Shown: in pieces, positions 19,427 to 27,382 of the stretch
Numbering within the stretch: position 1 is the first letter of the stretch
Layout: the number at the start of each line of letters is the position of its first letter
From: Spirochaetia bacterium
GTDB lineage: Bacteria > Spirochaetota > Spirochaetia > DSM-2461
Reading direction: 5' to 3'
Assembly: GCA_963668315.1 (NCBI GenBank)
Contig: OY764216.1
Location: 1,888,001-1,952,000, forward strand
Length of the DNA stretch: 64,000 bases
The notes under the pieces: generated by a model
The model's database searches: none
Told to the model about the DNA's origin: nothing
What the model saw: the letters and a program-made list of their open reading frames with translations, nothing else
Position numbers and translations under genes: made by a program

Positions 19427-20674
19427 ATGAGTATTGATCAGCTGACCGTTGGTGTGGATACGGTCTGGGTTTTGCTGGCCGCCTTTCTTGTATTTTTTAT
19501 GCAGGCCGGCTTCGGAATGGTGGAGGCCGGTTTCATCAGAGCCAAGAACACCACGAATATATTAACGAAGAATTTTCTGGATTTCTGTATGGCATCCATC
19601 GGCTTTTTCTGTTTCGGATATGCCATCATGTTCGGTAAGGGCAACGGATTCATGGGCTTTACCGGATGGTTTATGGCAGGCGCCGAATCGGGCGCCCATG
19701 TCCCTGTGTACGCCTACTGGCTTTTCCAGGCCGCCTTCTGCGGCGCCGCGGCGACCATCGTGGCGGGCGGCATGGCGGAGAGAATGAATTTCAAGGCCTA
19801 CCTGGTCTACTCCTTCTTAATCTCCGCCTTTATCTATCCCATTGTCGGTCACTGGGGATGGGGCGGCGGCTGGCTGACCTCCCTGGGTTTCGCCGACTTC
19901 GCCGGTTCCGCCATAGTCCATACGACCGGCGGCGTGGCCGCTCTGGTGGGAACGATCATCCTCAAGCCCCGTACGGGAAAATACCGCCCCGACGGCTCGG
20001 TCCGTATGATTGCGGGACACAACATACCCCTTGCCTCCCTGGGCGTTTTCATTCTCTGGTTCGGCTGGTACGGGTTCAATGCCGGTTCCACCCTGAGCGT
20101 CGGAGACGGGGAGACTATCTCCCTTGTCGCCATGAATACCTCCCTTTCGGCAGCGGCCGGCGGCATCCTCGCCATGATCACCGTCTGGATCAAATCGGGT
20201 AAGCCTGACCTTTCCATGGCCCTGAACGGCGCCCTGGCCGGCCTGGTAGCCATCACCGCGCCCTGTGCCTACGTCAGCCCCGGCGCTTCCATCCTTATCG
20301 GCGCCATCGGCGGCATCCTGGTCGTCCTTGTCACCCTTTTACTGGATCAGATGAAGATTGACGATCCCGTAGGCGCCTTTCCCGTTCACGGGGTCAACGG
20401 CATCTGGGGTACCCTTTCCGTAGGCCTATTCGGTCAGAAAGCCCTGGGCCTCTCTTCCGACGGACTCCTGCTGGGCGGCGGAATTTCCGTTCTGAGCGTA
20501 CAGTTCCTCGGGGTTATCTCCATCGCCCTTTTTGTGGCTTTGACCATGGGAATCATTTTCAAATTACTGGACAAGACGCTGGGACTCCGGGTCTCCGTGG
20601 AAGAGGAATACCGCGGACTGGATATCCTGGAGCACGGACTGGAATCCTATTCGGGCTTCCAGATAATAGAGTAG
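19427..20674 (+). CDS. amtB: Ammonium transporter
   Basis: FFMQAGF, DFAGSAIVH, LWFGWYGFN, NGALAGLVAIT, IDDPVGAFPVHG. Confidence 0.95.
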   Translation: MSIDQLTVGVDTVWVLLAAFLVFFMQAGFGMVEAGFIRAKNTTNILTKNFLDFCMASIGFFCFGYAIMFGKGNGFMGFTGWFMAGAESGAHVPVYAYWLFQAAFCGAAATIVAGGMAERMNFKAYLVYSFLISAFIYPIVGHWGWGGGWLTSLGFADFAGSAIVHTTGGVAALVGTIILKPRTGKYRPDGSVRMIAGHNIPLASLGVFILWFGWYGFNAGSTLSVGDGETISLVAMNTSLSAAAGGILAMITVWIKSGKPDLSMALNGALAGLVAITAPCAYVSPGASILIGAIGGILVVLVTLLLDQMKIDDPVGAFPVHGVNGIWGTLSVGLFGQKALGLSSDGLLLGGGISVLSVQFLGVISIALFVALTMGIIFKLLDKTLGLRVSVEEEYRGLDILEHGLESYSGFQIIE

Positions 20675-20684
20675 GGGGTAAAGG

Positions 20685-21026
20685 GTGTTTTTAATTACAG
20701 CAATGATACAGCCGAATAAGTTTGAAGAGGTGAAAAAGGCTCTTTTCGCAGCGGAAATCCATAAAATGACCGTGTCATCCGTCAAAGGATGCGGCCAGCA
20801 GATGGGCTATGAAGAGAGCTTCAGAGGAGTGGCCCAGGAGGTCAATCTCCTGAATAAAATCCGTCTTGATATCGCCGTGACAGAGCCCTTCGTGGAAAAG
20901 ACCATAGACGCCATCGTCTCGGCCGCCCATACCGATTCCATCGGCGACGGGAAAATCTTCGTCACCGAATTGAAGGACTGCATACGCATCCGCACCGGCG
21001 AGCGGGGCAAGGATGCCATCGGCTGA
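20685..21026 (+). CDS. glnK: P-II nitrogen regulatory protein
   Basis: [20 protein letters not shown]; directly after amtB. Confidence 0.93.
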   Translation: MFLITAMIQPNKFEEVKKALFAAEIHKMTVSSVKGCGQQMGYEESFRGVAQEVNLLNKIRLDIAVTEPFVEKTIDAIVSAAHTDSIGDGKIFVTELKDCIRIRTGERGKDAIG

Positions 21027-21029
21027 TTC

Positions 21030-21428
21030 CTAGGCGCTGGCGCTCAGGCTGCCTTCTATGTAATCCCTGAGTTTTTCGCACGTCTCCAGCATGGGGAGAA
21101 TATCCTCCCGTGTCACCGGATCGGGGCGGAAAATCTCCAGGGAGCAGAAGGACGCCTGAAACTTATCGAGCCCGGCGATCTCCTCTTTCAGGTCCGACGG
21201 GAGGGGGCGCAGTTCATCCAGGCTCTCCGCGATCTCATGAAAGGTATGCCCCTCGGGCAGAAGCGAATTTTTCATCAGAAATCCCATGCTGAACTTCTCA
21301 ATGGCCATGGCCGCCAGGTTGAAGAGGGCGTCCTCATTGAATTTCTCAGGGTTTCCGTAGCCGTCCCGGGCGCAGCGGTAAAACTCCTCTCCATGCTTCA
21401 GATACAGCTCCCATTCATCCAATCCCAT
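21030..21428 (-). CDS. HEPN-like domain protein (orphan)
   Basis: F.LAAMAIEK...FL......PEGHT..EI resembles the HEPN 'QA.EK.LK..L...P.TH.L' pattern; AAGGAG RBS. Confidence 0.55.
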   Translation of the reverse strand: MGLDEWELYLKHGEEFYRCARDGYGNPEKFNEDALFNLAAMAIEKFSMGFLMKNSLLPEGHTFHEIAESLDELRPLPSDLKEEIAGLDKFQASFCSLEIFRPDPVTREDILPMLETCEKLRDYIEGSLSASA

Positions 21429-21513
21429 AGGTTTCTCCTTTTGTTCTTAACTCCGGCGGACGTTTCACTGCCGTCCGTTCCTCTATTTCCGGGGGGCTCG
21501 GGCTCACGCCCGC

Positions 21514-21594
21514 CGGGCTGTTCAGGGCTGCGGGCTCCCGCCCTCCGGCCCCTGACGGGTCTGCCTTCGGCACCCTTGCCATCCCTGCCCCGTA
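21514..21594 (-). repeat. GC-rich multi-hairpin dispersed element, copy A
   Basis: Aligns with copy B at 45157-45234. Confidence 0.7.
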
Positions 21595-21606
21595 CGCCGA
21601 TTAATA

Positions 21607-21622
21607 TGCAAAATCCGTACCA
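21607..21622 (-). promoter_or_regulatory. Sigma54 (-24/-12) promoter upstream of the HEPN-like gene
   Basis: Minus strand TGGTACGGATTTTGCA (GG-N10-GC). Confidence 0.7.
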
Positions 21623-21764
21623 TTAATAAGGGAATCCGGTTCCGGAGGGCTCTCCCCGTGCCGTTCGCGGTCTCCCTTCCCTCACTTTCCCAGAGAAAAG
21701 GCCGGATTTTCAGGAAAGGGTGGCGTTTTTTTTTCCGCACCGTTTCATCTCCGTTTTCCTGGAC

Positions 21765-21797
21765 AAAAAAAAAGCCCCGGCGGAACACCACCGGAGC
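21765..21797 (-). terminator. Probable terminator of sugar ABC operon
   Basis: Minus-strand hairpin GCTCCGGTGG...CCGCCGGGGC followed by T9. Confidence 0.7.
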
Positions 21798-21831
21798 GTA
21801 ATAAATCAGTATAAATATACTAAAAAGTAAG

Positions 21832-23157
21832 TTACGGAGCGCTCTCCACCATGATGTCGTTGGCTTCCTCTTCCATATCGGTCAGGGTCTTTTCTATATC
21901 CGCCCCGTCAAGAATGGCATTGAACCCGGCGTTAAGCATATCGCGGATCTCATCCCATCCGATGAAGGGAGGTTCGGAGTATCCGTCGGAGTTCAGAAGA
22001 ACATCGAAGGATTCGGCGTACTTGGGATTGGCCGCCAGATAGGAGCTGATGTCTTCCTTGACGGATTTTCTGACGGGATAGTAGTTGGTGGCCTGAACCC
22101 ATTCGCCCTGAGCCTTTCTGCCCGTGTAGTATTTGAGGAACAGCCAGGCGGCCACTTCCTTTTCCGGGGTGGACTGGCAGATGCTTACCGAAGGGCCGTA
22201 CAGGTTCAGAGTCGGTTTCTTCGTGCTGTGGGGGCCGGCGTAGAGTCCCCATTCGAAGGGGTTGTCGCTGCCGTTTACCGCTTTGTCATAGTAGGGAATT
22301 CCCGCGGAAGAGCTGGTGGCGAACATGACTTTTCCCACTCCGAAATCGGCCTGGTCACCGTATCTCTCGGCGATTTTCCGGCCGTAGCCGTCGTCGTAAA
22401 GTTTCTTCATGAAGGTCATGGCTTCCACCATTTCCGGCGTGTTCAGGGTGTATTCGCTCTGGTCCTTGTTCAGAACGGAACCGCCCCGGGATTTGACCAT
22501 GGCGAAGATATTGGAAGCATCCGTATTCAGGGCGTAGCCGTAGGCGCCGTCCTTGCTTTCGGTGGCGGCCTTGCAGACGTCGTAAAATTCTTCCCAGCTT
22601 TCCGGAGGAGCGTCAAAACCCAGTTCATTGAGCCAGGTCTTGTTATAGAAGGTCATCTGGACCGATCTGTTCGGAGGCAGTCCCAGCCTCTGCCCGCCGA
22701 ACTGGGCGTTCACGTCCTGGGCCAGGAAGTCCTGGATGTAGTCGTCATCGTCCGCGGACGTGAAGCCCCACTCCTTGCTGTTGACGAGGCCGTTCAGATC
22801 CACAAGGGCTCCGCTCAGCTGGAAACTGGCGGCGCTGTTCTGGTATCCCACCACCAGGTCGGGCATAGAGTTCCCCGCAATGGCCGTGGTCATCTTGTTG
22901 TAGATATCCGGATAGTAACCGGCGTATTCCCCGATTACGGTGATGCCCCATTCGTTGGTGCTGTTGAAGTCGGCAATAATCTTGTCCAGGGCTTCTCCGT
23001 GAAGCTTGGACGAGGCGTGCCAGAACACGACGGTCTGTCCCGAGGGATCGGCCGCATCATAGGCTTTGGCCGCTTCGGAGGCTTCGTTGCCCCCTCCGGC
23101 GAAAACCGCTCCTGCCAGAAGAGCGAATGCGGCGAAAAACAGAATGGCTTTTTTCAT
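21832..23157 (-). CDS. Carbohydrate ABC transporter substrate-binding protein (UgpB-like)
   Basis: Signal peptide ending FAGGGNE; VFWH, PN.S....YNK, PESWEE, AAWLFLKY. Confidence 0.85.
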   Translation of the reverse strand: MKKAILFFAAFALLAGAVFAGGGNEASEAAKAYDAADPSGQTVVFWHASSKLHGEALDKIIADFNSTNEWGITVIGEYAGYYPDIYNKMTTAIAGNSMPDLVVGYQNSAASFQLSGALVDLNGLVNSKEWGFTSADDDDYIQDFLAQDVNAQFGGQRLGLPPNRSVQMTFYNKTWLNELGFDAPPESWEEFYDVCKAATESKDGAYGYALNTDASNIFAMVKSRGGSVLNKDQSEYTLNTPEMVEAMTFMKKLYDDGYGRKIAERYGDQADFGVGKVMFATSSSAGIPYYDKAVNGSDNPFEWGLYAGPHSTKKPTLNLYGPSVSICQSTPEKEVAAWLFLKYYTGRKAQGEWVQATNYYPVRKSVKEDISSYLAANPKYAESFDVLLNSDGYSEPPFIGWDEIRDMLNAGFNAILDGADIEKTLTDMEEEANDIMVESAP

Positions 23158-23199
23158 TTCCTTTCCTCCATATTGTGTATTGGTTAATGGACCGACGGA

Positions 23200-24051
23200 T
23201 CAGCCCTTCATACCCGTATTGGTTATCGCCTCGGTTATCTGCTTCTGGGCGATGAGAAAGATGACCAGAATGGGAGCCAGGGCCACCATGGCCGATGCCA
23301 TGCGCAGCTGGGTCTCCGGTCCCGCTTCGGTCACGTACTTGGCCACAGCCACCGCGATGGGGCGCCACTTGTCCGACTGGGTGACCACCATGGGCCACTG
23401 CAGGGCGTTCCAGCTGCCGTTGAAGGCCAGGAAGAACACCGTAAAGAGGGGGGCTTTGAGAAGGGGGCCCATGATCCTTATGAGAATCGTCAGGTGGCTG
23501 GCCCCGTCGATCTTGGCGGCTTCCATGAGGGCGTCGGGAATCTGTTTGAAAAACTGTCTCAGAAAGAAAATGAAGAAGGCGCTCCCCATGAAAGGAATGG
23601 TCAGTGCCGGCAGTCTGTCAATCCAGCCGAAACGGGAAATGATCAGGAAATTGGGGATGAGCAGTACCGTTTCGGGAATCATCAGGGTCAGCAGAAGAAC
23701 GGTGAATATCCTGTCCCGTCCGGGAAACTTCATTTTGGAAAAACCGTAGGCCGCCAGGCTGGAGGTGACGATGATCCCCGAAACGGTGGTAATGGCAATA
23801 ACCACCGTATTGAAGAAGTAGTGGCCCATATTGTCGTCGCGGATGATGGTCACATAGTTGTCCCACTGCAGTTTCCTCGGCCAGAACTGGGGAGAGAAGG
23901 GATTGGAACTCACACGGGTTATCGTTTCCCCGTAGGTTTTGAGGGAGTTGGATATCATGTAGAGGAAGGGCATCAGGGCCACGAAGGCTCCCAGAATCAG
24001 GATAAGGAAGAAGAGGACTTCCGTGATTTTCTTTTTGGGCTTAGTCTCCAT
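23200..24051 (-). CDS. Carbohydrate ABC transporter permease (MalG/UgpE type)
   Basis: AAYGFSKMKFPGR, RQFFKQIP..L.EAAKIDGA, WN...WP. Confidence 0.9.
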   Translation of the reverse strand: METKPKKKITEVLFFLILILGAFVALMPFLYMISNSLKTYGETITRVSSNPFSPQFWPRKLQWDNYVTIIRDDNMGHYFFNTVVIAITTVSGIIVTSSLAAYGFSKMKFPGRDRIFTVLLLTLMIPETVLLIPNFLIISRFGWIDRLPALTIPFMGSAFFIFFLRQFFKQIPDALMEAAKIDGASHLTILIRIMGPLLKAPLFTVFFLAFNGSWNALQWPMVVTQSDKWRPIAVAVAKYVTEAGPETQLRMASAMVALAPILVIFLIAQKQITEAITNTGMKG

Positions 24052-25231
24052 AGTGAACGTCCTTTGCCATCAGCCTCTGCTGGAGCAGGGTCAGGGCCAG
24101 AACGATGCCCAGAAGTATCAGCGCCATGGCGGAGGCGTAGCCGAACCGGGACTTTCTGAAGAAGGTGAAGAAAATCTGTATGCTCAGGGGGTCGGCAGCG
24201 CCCCGGGCGGCGGGGTGGCGCAGAACATAAATCTGATTAAAGGCCTTGAAGGTGCCGATGATTCCCAGCATGGTCAGGAAAAAGGTCGTGGGGGAGAGCA
24301 TGGGAATGGTGATGTTTTTCAGCGTTGTCCAGAAGCCCGCGCCGTCCACTTTGGCCGCGTCGTAGAGCTGATTGGGAATCTGGGAGAGCCCGTTGGAGAA
24401 GATCAGCCCGTAATATCCGGCGAAGATCCACCAGTTGAATATCATGATGGTGGTGAGGGCCAGGCTGGGGCCCTGCAGCCAGGACTGGAGATAGGAGTCC
24501 CCCGTGCCGATTCCGAACCAGAGGGTTAGAAGACCCTTGGGTTCCTGGAGCCACTGGAGAGGCTTCTGCCCCAGGGAGAGGAGCAGCTGGTTGGCGAAGG
24601 ATTCGGTCCTCAGGGAGAAGAGCCTCTCGAAGACGGTGGCGGCGGCCACCGAGGGGACCACATAGGGAAGGAGGTAGATCACCCGAAAGGCCTGGCGCCC
24701 CTTGAACTCCCGGTTGAGCATGATCGCCACGGTCAGCCCGAAGACGAGCTGGAAGGGAACGGTCCCCAGGCTGTACCAGATGGTCACCCGCAGGGAATCG
24801 AGCAGGTCTTCGTCACCCTGGGAATAAATCTGAGGAAGGAGCAGAAGGAATCCGGCCCAGCCCGCTGTCTGAACGATCCGCCCCGCGATATGAAGTCCCT
24901 TATAGGGGGAGTCGGGGGCTTCCTCCCTCAGGCGGTTCCGCTTATTTATCAGATAGAAGCCGGTTATGATGATTCCGATGGCCAGAGCTGTCAGAGCCAG
25001 GAGGAGGGGAGAGCCCAGCAGGCTGGTGTAATTCCCCAGTCCCAGGAAGCGGCCCCTTTTTATGCGCCATTTAAAAAGGCTTATGAAAAACGTGTAGAAC
25101 ACGGGAAAAATCCCGAAAAGAAGGATAAGAAGGCAGGCGGGAGCTATGAACAGATAACCGGAATAATCCCAGTCCAGCCTTTTTTCCCTATGGAGGTTCA
25201 GTTTCAATCTCTCTCTCTCCCGGAAAATCAA
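24041..25231 (-). CDS. Carbohydrate ABC transporter permease (MalF/UgpA type)
   Basis: YLFIAP, FLGLGNY, IP.QLYDAAKVDGA, FGYASAMA; TTG start uncertain. Confidence 0.88.
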   Translation of the reverse strand: MIFRERERLKLNLHREKRLDWDYSGYLFIAPACLLILLFGIFPVFYTFFISLFKWRIKRGRFLGLGNYTSLLGSPLLLALTALAIGIIITGFYLINKRNRLREEAPDSPYKGLHIAGRIVQTAGWAGFLLLLPQIYSQGDEDLLDSLRVTIWYSLGTVPFQLVFGLTVAIMLNREFKGRQAFRVIYLLPYVVPSVAAATVFERLFSLRTESFANQLLLSLGQKPLQWLQEPKGLLTLWFGIGTGDSYLQSWLQGPSLALTTIMIFNWWIFAGYYGLIFSNGLSQIPNQLYDAAKVDGAGFWTTLKNITIPMLSPTTFFLTMLGIIGTFKAFNQIYVLRHPAARGAADPLSIQIFFTFFRKSRFGYASAMALILLGIVLALTLLQQRLMAKDVHYGD

Positions 25232-25333
25232 TCTATAGTCAGTATATTAAGCCTTTATAAGAATAATGTTAATAATCTTTTGGGGAAAAACATTTCTTGC
25301 ACGGGGAAAAAGTTTCCCTTAGACTTAATGTAT

Positions 25334-26284
25334 ATGGAAGAGATAGTCCGGGAAAAATCTTTTGTTCTGACCGAACGCCTCCTGGCGGCCTGGGAAAAGG
25401 TTATCTGGGGTAAGCGCGGCCTGTTGGAAAACATTCTCACAGGGATTCTGGCCGGGGGGCATATCCTGCTGGAAGATGTCCCCGGATCGGGCAAAACCAC
25501 CATGGCGAAGGCCCTGGCCTCCCTCTTTCAGGGGGGAAAATTCAAACGGATCCAGTTCACCCCCGACCTTCTGCCCTATGATATCACCGGAGTGGAGGTC
25601 TGGGACAAGGAGAGGGAGTCCTTCCTCTTTCAGAAGGGCCCGGTATTTACGAATATCCTCCTGGCCGACGAAATAAACAGGACGACTCCCAAGGTGCAGT
25701 CCGCCCTGCTGGAAGTCATGGGCGAGAATCAGGTTACCGTGGGGAACAAGACCTATTCTCTGGAACTGCCCTTTATTGTCATGGCCACGGAGAATCCTAT
25801 CGAAATGGAGGGGACCTATCCTCTGCCCGCGGCCCAGCTGGACCGCTTTCTCATGAAGCTGAAACCGGGTTACCCCGACAGGGAGACGGAATACCGCATT
25901 GTCAGGGAGAATCCGTCGGAAACGGAACTGCCCCGCATGGAGGCGGTCGCCGATCTGGAAGACCTGCTCTATCTCAGAAAAGAGGCGGCTGCGGTTTATT
26001 GTGACGAGCGGCTTATCAAAGCCGCCGTGGATGCCGCATCCACCCTGAGGGAGAGACCGGACGTCTCTCTGGGCGTCTCCACCCGGGGAGCCATCATGCT
26101 TATCGCCGCCTGCCGGGGAAAAGCCCTCATCCGCGGCAGGGACTATGTGATAGATCAGGATATCAAGGAAATGGCTCCCCTCGTCTGGTCCCACCGGATC
26201 ATCATGAAAGGGGAGGGCGTTGAAGCCCGGGAAGTTCTGACCGAGGCGGTGAACCATGAATTGGCACGAATTCCCCGTTCATAA
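25334..26284 (+). CDS. MoxR-family AAA+ ATPase
   Basis: GHILLEDVPGSGKT, RIQFTPDLLPYD, LLADEINR, ATENPIE.EGTYPLP.AQLDRF; start set at MEEIVR. Confidence 0.93.
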   Translation: MEEIVREKSFVLTERLLAAWEKVIWGKRGLLENILTGILAGGHILLEDVPGSGKTTMAKALASLFQGGKFKRIQFTPDLLPYDITGVEVWDKERESFLFQKGPVFTNILLADEINRTTPKVQSALLEVMGENQVTVGNKTYSLELPFIVMATENPIEMEGTYPLPAAQLDRFLMKLKPGYPDRETEYRIVRENPSETELPRMEAVADLEDLLYLRKEAAAVYCDERLIKAAVDAASTLRERPDVSLGVSTRGAIMLIAACRGKALIRGRDYVIDQDIKEMAPLVWSHRIIMKGEGVEAREVLTEAVNHELARIPRS

Positions 26285-27382
26285 GTCCTGGTACTGCCGC
26301 GGGGGTCCCTCTGCGGGGGGATACGCTTTTTTTTTGTCTCCCTGGTTCTGCTGATCAGTTCCTCTCGCAGGGTCATTCCCGCCCTTATGGTCTTTTCCGG
26401 ACTCAATCTCATACTCGTGCTTTTCGTCTTTTCTTCGGGATGCGCCCTTTCCCGGGTATATCTGGGCCGGTTGAGAAGGAGGCGTCTCGTCCTGGGAAGG
26501 GAAGAGGAGTTTTTCATCCCCGCGGGAAGCAGGATCCTTTACACCATAGCCGTGGGAAGAACGGGGAAAAGATCGGATTTGAGGTTTCCCCTTTTTGATA
26601 TCTCCTACAGGGTGGAGCTGACCTGGTTCCATAGAACCGGCCGGCATATCTGGAGACACTGGGAGAAAATCCTTCCCCTGAGCGAAAATGCCGAGGGGGG
26701 AATCGAGGTGGAACAAACCGGTCTTCTGAGGGGAGACTACCGGGGGAGGGACGGTTTTTTTATCAGCGACTGGTTCGGCTTTTTCCGCTTTTCCCTCATC
26801 TCTTCCCGGCCGCTTCAGGTCAGAGTCACGATTCCCGGGGAGGAGCAGACCCCTCTCTTCACCCCCTCCCCCCGGGCGGAAGGAGTGTCTTCCTTCGTAT
26901 CCCTTCCCTCCGAGGAAGAGATGGTGGAGAACCGTCCCTACTATCCCGGCGACGACCCGCGCAGAATAAACTGGAAGCAGTACGCCCGCTTTGACGATCT
27001 CTTTATCAGAACCTCCCACAATCCCATTCCCCGGAACAAGCTGGTTCTCTGCGTTCTTTCGGCGGAGGAGTGCGGCCTGGAAGAGACGGATCTGCGCGCC
27101 GCCTTCTACTTGGGAATCTGCCGCCGCCTCGAGGAGAAGGGCTGTCAGGTATTCACCCTCCTGCCCTGTCAGGAGGAGATGATGCGTTCCGGCTACAGCG
27201 GAATTCCCTCCGTGGCGCCGGGAGATAGGCTTCCCGCTCCCTTTACCTCCCCGGGGCATGTGGTTTTTATCGGAAAAAGGGGAAGCCCGGAGGAAATCCG
27301 CTGGAAACATCAGGCCGGAGATCAGGGAATCTCCTTCAGCCTGTTTGATCCGATGGATTTTGGGGAAGGAGGGCGTCCTTGA
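26256..27382 (+). CDS. DUF58 family protein; N-terminus appears frameshifted at T9 tract 26327-26335
   Basis: RPYYPGDDPRRINWKQYAR DUF58 motif in ORF 26387-27382; RBS-preceded ATG at 26256 is one base out of frame. Confidence 0.75.

Noticed and set aside
12660..21428. Anti-phage defence island (WYL and HEPN genes present)
   Set aside because: The two genes are 7 kb apart in metabolic contexts, with no nuclease, methylase or mobility genes and no obvious compositional shift
25208..25219. (CT)n microsatellite at the permease 5' end as a phase-variation switch
   Set aside because: Only about 6 units, in frame (RERER), and the gene start itself is uncertain
24890..25333. Long N-terminal extension of MoxR (similarly 30953-31171 for Bpt/ATE and 31653-31853 for ArfB)
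   Set aside because: Extensions overlap neighbouring real genes and family similarity begins at the downstream starts
26282..26284. Stop-codon read-through fusing MoxR to DUF58 (same frame, open after TAA)
   Set aside because: TAA is rarely read through, and the RBS-ATG at 26256 plus the T9 indel explains the layout more simply
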